From NCBI GenBank assembly GCA_001771135.1, contig MESW01000009.1:23436-87435 (forward strand): a stretch of 64,000 nucleotides of DNA, written 5' to 3'. The notes under the pieces were generated by a model. It was given only the letters and a program-made list of their open reading frames with translations, did not search any database and was not told where the DNA came from. The position numbers and the translations under genes were made by a program. The first letter of the stretch is position 1. Each line of letters begins with the position of its first letter. The stretch is from a candidate division CPR3 bacterium GWF2_35_18 (GTDB lineage Bacteria; Patescibacteriota; CPR3; GWF2-35-18). Of the stretch, positions 59,813-64,000 are shown piece by piece.

Positions 59813-60217
59813 TTAACTTTTCACAAACTCTTTTTTCCCACGGATAAGCAGTACCACAATTGCCACATCAATAAGTAGTGCAAGAAGGTCAGTTAACCCA
59901 AATTGATCGGCAAATGCCAAAATAATATTTACGAACATGTAAACGATCGTTCCGTAGTAAATGAGCTGAATCTTCTTTTTAAGAAGGAACGCCAAAACAA
60001 TCATAATAATTCCATTTACAAACATCATTACGGAAATGATGGCAATGAGAAATGTCTGATCTGCATATCTCTCATAAAGAGTAAAAAAGTAGATGACGCT
60101 CAAAATAATCCAGGTAGCAGATTTGATATATAACAAAATCTGCACTACGCTCATAAAGCTCTTTGTAATAATCATTTTCTTAGCCATGAGTTTTACCTTT
60201 TTCTTTAATCTTCTCAC
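59813..60217 (-). CDS. Small polytopic membrane protein (134 aa)
   Basis: 4 TM; overlaps the next gene. Confidence 0.4.
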   Translation of the reverse strand: MRRLKKKVKLMAKKMIITKSFMSVVQILLYIKSATWIILSVIYFFTLYERYADQTFLIAIISVMMFVNGIIMIVLAFLLKKKIQLIYYGTIVYMFVNIILAFADQFGLTDLLALLIDVAIVVLLIRGKKEFVKS

Positions 60218-60524
60218 CTAGTTCATACCAACGCTGCGTCGTGTTTTCTAAATCACGATAGTGAAAGATGTATGGTACAGTCAAACCCATAAAAAGAATG
60301 TCTAGAGGTAGTAACCAAATCTCATCAAGAAGCAGGGTAAAATAGATTGAAAGCAATCCAAACAAACCTACAAAAAGCATCACCAGAAGGTGAACAAGCC
60401 GTTCATGCTGCAGATAAGCAATGAATTTCCGATGGTCTTTTTCCAGATGCTCAAAATCCACCTTTTCCTTTCCGGCTAACGAATCATTTATCTTTTTTTC
60501 CCAATTAATAAATATTTTCAGCAT
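60180..60524 (-). CDS. Small membrane protein (114 aa)
   Basis: 2 TM. Confidence 0.4.
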   Translation of the reverse strand: MLKIFINWEKKINDSLAGKEKVDFEHLEKDHRKFIAYLQHERLVHLLVMLFVGLFGLLSIYFTLLLDEIWLLPLDILFMGLTVPYIFHYRDLENTTQRWYELGEKIKEKGKTHG

Positions 60525-60542
60525 TATAAAAAGTCCTTTCCT

Positions 60543-60884
60543 CTACCATTTTTTGGTCCAAATTGAATTTGGATATTTGGCCTTTACATAAAATGCGATA
60601 CAAATTAATAAATAAAATACGATGCTGTAAATAAGCATTACGAGCATCAATCCAAAAAAAGTTGGCGTTTGCTGCCTCCCGATTAGTCCCATAGTCCACT
60701 GCAGTAATCCAAGTTGTCCCAGCAAAGGATAGAAAGGTACGCACAAAGAAAGGCTAAAAAGCATCATATAAATACCTAAGTATGGAAGTGGATAACAAAT
60801 ATAGTTCAAAACCGGGAGAAAGAAAAAGACAGCCGGAAAAGCCAGCTTCTGATAAGTAGGTTGGAAAAAAGATATTTTGTTCAT
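60543..60884 (-). CDS. Small polytopic membrane protein (113 aa)
   Basis: 3-4 TM. Confidence 0.4.
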   Translation of the reverse strand: MNKISFFQPTYQKLAFPAVFFFLPVLNYICYPLPYLGIYMMLFSLSLCVPFYPLLGQLGLLQWTMGLIGRQQTPTFFGLMLVMLIYSIVFYLLICIAFYVKAKYPNSIWTKKW

Positions 60885-60887
60885 ATA

Positions 60888-61877
60888 TTATTTCCCTTCC
60901 AAAAATTTAAAGCTATCAATTATTTCATTGTCCAAGCTTTCGTATGGATAGCTTGAAAAGAAATTGGCTGATTGCCCAACACCCCAAGAGATGACTTTGT
61001 TTGCCGACGGATAATATTTCAACACATAGATATAGTTCAATTCACAATCGACCACAATCTGTTCGTCAAGTGAATCCGCTTCACCACTACTGACCGTCAC
61101 ATCAAAAACCCCACTCTGTTCCGTCTCGGTTTTTGCTCCCAAGCTACAACCAGATCCATATTGCTCCTTGATAAAAGCAGTCAGTTCCGTATCATTGGCA
61201 ACCTCCGCTCCTACAATTTCCCAAGCATCTATAGCAGAATCTGTACTCTTCAACTCTGCGAGAGAATTTGTCACCTTGTCACACTGCGAAAAATAGGTAT
61301 GACTATCTTCCGTAGTCTTTCCTCCTAATTCGTAAAAATACTCGATTGAAAGATATACCGTATTATTTGTGAGATCTTCAAAAATCTTCAACGGCACAAT
61401 TCCCTCTTTTGGACGATAAGAATGATCTCCATCACTTTCACTCCAGACACAAGAACCAGATGATGTTTCTGAAACTAACGGAATTTTTAGTGAAAAACCC
61501 AAAGTCTCATTGGTATAAGTTTTCCAAGTATCACCTGCTTCAGACTCAGTGTCCTGATTCAGATCTTCGGCCGAACCGGTACTCTCCTCTATGTCTTCCG
61601 CTGACTTTGTACTTTCATCCTGAACCTCTGCCGATATCGAAGTTTCACTTTGATCATTACCCGCTTTGTACTGTAAATCAAAGGTCTTAATTATTTTATT
61701 TGAGAGAAAAATCAGGATGATGAAAATTACAAACAAAACAAAGACCACTATCAAACAACCCACAATACAACCTTTTTGGGCGAATCTTTTTTTACTCTTT
61801 GAAGTCTCAACTTTCTGTTCCTCATTTTGAGTAGGAACAGTTTCCGTTATTTGGGTATCCATAAATAAACCTCCCAC
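60888..61877 (-). CDS. Membrane-anchored secreted protein with acidic low-complexity linker and C-terminal globular domain
   Basis: N-terminal TM; S/E/D/T-rich linker; Cys-containing C-terminal domain. Confidence 0.5.
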   Translation of the reverse strand: MGGLFMDTQITETVPTQNEEQKVETSKSKKRFAQKGCIVGCLIVVFVLFVIFIILIFLSNKIIKTFDLQYKAGNDQSETSISAEVQDESTKSAEDIEESTGSAEDLNQDTESEAGDTWKTYTNETLGFSLKIPLVSETSSGSCVWSESDGDHSYRPKEGIVPLKIFEDLTNNTVYLSIEYFYELGGKTTEDSHTYFSQCDKVTNSLAELKSTDSAIDAWEIVGAEVANDTELTAFIKEQYGSGCSLGAKTETEQSGVFDVTVSSGEADSLDEQIVVDCELNYIYVLKYYPSANKVISWGVGQSANFFSSYPYESLDNEIIDSFKFLEGK

Positions 61878-61971
61878 GTTTTCTGCGATAAAATAATTAA
61901 GATGTTTTTTTAAAGCTCTAAGATATATCCTCGTTGTTTTAACTCTTTACGGATGTTTTATCAGTATTAAA

Positions 61972-62448
61972 CTATTTTTCATTAGCTACTTTTGCGTAAA
62001 TATTTTCTACTTTGGCTTTCAATTTTGAAGTCTCACAGGAGTAACAGATTCCGTCATGACAGGAAATAATTCCGCCGCATTTTTGACACTTCCAACGTTT
62101 TTCCTGTGATTCTAAAAATTTATCCATCCCCTTTTCTTTAATGAAATTCTGATTTTCTCTCATACTCATCTGATATTTTTTGCGATAACTCGTGTCAAGT
62201 CGTATTAGATTTTCACAGGGAAAAGTAGCACATTGATAACAATAATCAATTTTTGAACCTACTCCGTGCGGACAACGTTTTTTGATGAAAGCGCAGTTTT
62301 TGTGGCGAACATTACACGAAGTACAATAGGTAATATTAACCCCTTTATTTTTGACATCATTCTTATAAGCAAGATAATTGCTACAAATCCCACAGTTCAT
62401 CCCACATGGGGCTATAAGACCAGGTGAAAAATGTTTTTCGGCTCTCAT
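61972..62448 (-). CDS. Cys-rich putative metal-binding protein (multiple CxxC pairs; DUF3795-like)
   Basis: CGMNCGICSNY, CTSCNVRHKNC, CYQCATFPC, CQKCGG, CYSCE. Confidence 0.5.
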   Translation of the reverse strand: MRAEKHFSPGLIAPCGMNCGICSNYLAYKNDVKNKGVNITYCTSCNVRHKNCAFIKKRCPHGVGSKIDYCYQCATFPCENLIRLDTSYRKKYQMSMRENQNFIKEKGMDKFLESQEKRWKCQKCGGIISCHDGICYSCETSKLKAKVENIYAKVANEK

Positions 62449-62619
62449 ATACTTTAAGCATAATCCTTTTATTTTAGTTTATCAACACTTCAAGATTTCC
62501 CTTCTCACTCATAAAAACTTGTATATTTCAAAAAATTCTGCGAAGATTAATTTATACCTAGCGATAATTTTTAAATTTAAGATGTTGGGTAAATAGTATA
62601 AACACTAAGGAGGCCAATT

Positions 62620-63282
62620 ATGGCAGAATCAGAAGTTAACTCTCAACCGACAACAGCACCTACAGCTCCAGCTACTCCAGCAGCAGCGCCAACGACCACG
62701 ACAACGACTACGACAACGACATCTCCTAGCAAAAAAGGGATGTCCACCGGAGCAAAAGTTGCTATCGGTCTTTGTGGTGGATGTTTGGGTCTAATTATTA
62801 TCCTGGGAATTGTTTCGGCCGTAGCCGGTACGGCACTTCTAAAGAGCATGCCTAGCTTTATTCAAAATGCTTTTGAAGAAGAAGGTCTTACCTTTGATGA
62901 AAATAATGGAGAATTTACAATCACTGATGATGAAACAGATTCTAGCCTTACAGCGGGAGAATCGATAGATCTTCCCAACAATTTTCCTAGTGATATTCCG
63001 GTATATGAACCAGCTGATGCTACCTTCAAAATGACCGAAGGGAAAAATGGAACAGTCATGTTCACCACCTCAAAAGACGTTGCCACAGTAAAATCTTATT
63101 ATATGTCGGAGATGAAGAAAAAAGGTTGGACCGAAGATAGTAATATGGAATTCAATGAAGCAGTAATCTTAACCTATACCAAGGGAGACTGGACCTCCAG
63201 TATCACCGTCGCTGAAGATTCCGATGATACTACAAAAAATTCAATCACAGTTACCTATTCATACACCGATTCAACTGAATAG
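62620..63282 (+). CDS. Membrane-anchored secreted protein with poly-Thr/Pro/Ala linker
   Basis: AGGAGG RBS 7 nt upstream; PTTAPTAPATPAAAPTTTTTTTTTTSPS; TM; C-terminal globular domain. Confidence 0.6.
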   Translation: MAESEVNSQPTTAPTAPATPAAAPTTTTTTTTTTSPSKKGMSTGAKVAIGLCGGCLGLIIILGIVSAVAGTALLKSMPSFIQNAFEEEGLTFDENNGEFTITDDETDSSLTAGESIDLPNNFPSDIPVYEPADATFKMTEGKNGTVMFTTSKDVATVKSYYMSEMKKKGWTEDSNMEFNEAVILTYTKGDWTSSITVAEDSDDTTKNSITVTYSYTDSTE

Positions 63283-63300
63283 TTTATAGAAAGAATTAAA

Positions 63301-63336
63301 AGAGGGGGAGGCGAGCGAAAGCTGGCCTCCCCCTCT
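63301..63336. terminator. GC-rich hairpin capped by a GAAA tetraloop (12-bp stem + 3 bp + GNRA loop)
   Basis: AGAGGGGGAGGC-G-AGC-GAAA-GCT-G-GCCTCCCCCTCT; 19 nt after the stop of the 62620 gene. Confidence 0.5.
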
Positions 63337-63418
63337 TACGTTAAAAAATTTTAAACCGAAATGTCTCGCTTGTGAAATTGGTAATATCTAAATAGTGAAA
63401 AAGCCAAAGATTTCGTAA

Positions 63419-63461
63419 AGAGGGAGAAGTCGTATTTACTACTTCTCTCTCTTTCTTTTTT
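63419..63461 (+). terminator. Intrinsic terminator (12-bp stem with one G-U wobble on the plus strand, then TTTCTTTTTT)
   Basis: AGAGGGAGAAGT...ACTTCTCTCTCT followed by a T-run. Confidence 0.55.
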
Positions 63462-63936
63462 ATAGATCCGGATCCACAAAAAGAGACATATATGGTAATC
63501 TCACCACATTTTCCACTTCTAGATAATCAATAATTGCCGTCCGTGCATCATCATACGCCGCCTGTGACATCTGCGATGGAATCCCTCCGGTAAAAAAATA
63601 CTCGGCAAGAAACACGATCGCTTTCCCGGGTGACTGGGCTACTTTGTAAGCAAAATCTTCCCCAAAAACAAGTCCATAAAGTTCGGCTTCCACTGACCAG
63701 GTAATCTGAAAAACAAGGGTATGCGGAGAGAAAACCGCGGCAATGGAAATACCGGTATCCAAAGTATCGGAAACAATTTTCTCGGTATAAGCGGTTTTCA
63801 GAATTGGATCATTGGTATTGGCCAATTTGTACGAATCATAAGCAACTTCCACAACTCCGATGGCGACCGCAATTCCAACTCCAGCTTTTTTAGAAGTTAA
63901 CTTTGCCAACTTCCCCGCTTTACCCGCGTAACCCAC
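63460..63936 (-). CDS. Hypothetical protein
   Basis: 158 aa, no motif. Confidence 0.45.
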   Translation of the reverse strand: MGYAGKAGKLAKLTSKKAGVGIAVAIGVVEVAYDSYKLANTNDPILKTAYTEKIVSDTLDTGISIAAVFSPHTLVFQITWSVEAELYGLVFGEDFAYKVAQSPGKAIVFLAEYFFTGGIPSQMSQAAYDDARTAIIDYLEVENVVRLPYMSLFVDPDL

Positions 63937-64000
63937 GGTATTTTCTGAAATCTTTACGAGATTCGCAGTTGTTTGCGTACCAGCAATAACAGTCTTGGCT

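Noticed and set aside
60505-60744. 79-aa ORF overlapping two small membrane-protein genes in another frame
   Set aside because: It overlaps two better-supported hydrophobic ORFs on the same strand, so it is most likely an alternative-frame artefact.
1-64000. CRISPR array or DGR (reverse transcriptase plus template/variable repeats) targeting the giant proteins
   Set aside because: No regularly spaced direct repeats are present anywhere, and no ORF carries reverse-transcriptase (YxDD) motifs, so this window offers no support for either.

Overview
This 64-kb window is AT-rich and almost fully coding, with about 65 ORFs, mostly on the minus strand and often translationally coupled through TAATG or ATGA overlaps. 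Shine-Dalgarno-like AGGAGG/GGAG sites are visible upstream of several start codons. I recognise no rRNA, tRNA, CRISPR array, transposase, integrase or reverse transcriptase. The gene content suggests a small-genome uncultured bacterium, possibly CPR/Patescibacteria-like; this is inference from composition and content. The supporting features are many small membrane proteins, two giant surface proteins, four NUDIX paralogs, TrmB-type regulators, a geranylgeranyl-reductase-like gene, a secreted cytochrome b5 and a pilin-like gene with a non-canonical leader. Housekeeping genes recognisable by motif include RimO/MiaB, a cyclophilin-type PPIase, RlmB, RlpA, SurE, Tag, Fe/Mn superoxide dismutase, class I and class III aminotransferases, TruB, an ECF sigma factor, HPF/RaiA, and three ABC transporter ATPase/permease pairs (two ABC-2/NatAB-type, one MacB/FtsX-type). 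The most unusual content is as follows. (1) A nine-gene coupled operon (17.6-23.4 kb) packs three NUDIX hydrolases, SurE, one or two HD-domain proteins, Tag, a class III aminotransferase and an HExxH membrane protein. (2) A 1701-aa secreted protein full of phage tail-fibre-like repeats sits downstream of a GGR-like reductase and an ABC-2 exporter, and is followed by an orphan PEP-utilizer swivel-domain protein. (3) A 3040-aa LamG/FN3 giant protein carries an internal tandem ~300-aa module duplication and sits upstream of a MacB-type ABC exporter plus a PspC/LiaF-like envelope-stress pair. (4) Several intergenic regions contain strong GC-rich hairpins or perfect inverted repeats with strand-specific wobble pairs. 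Function calls are motif-based, made by eye without database searches, and the two giant genes' domain boundaries are approximate.
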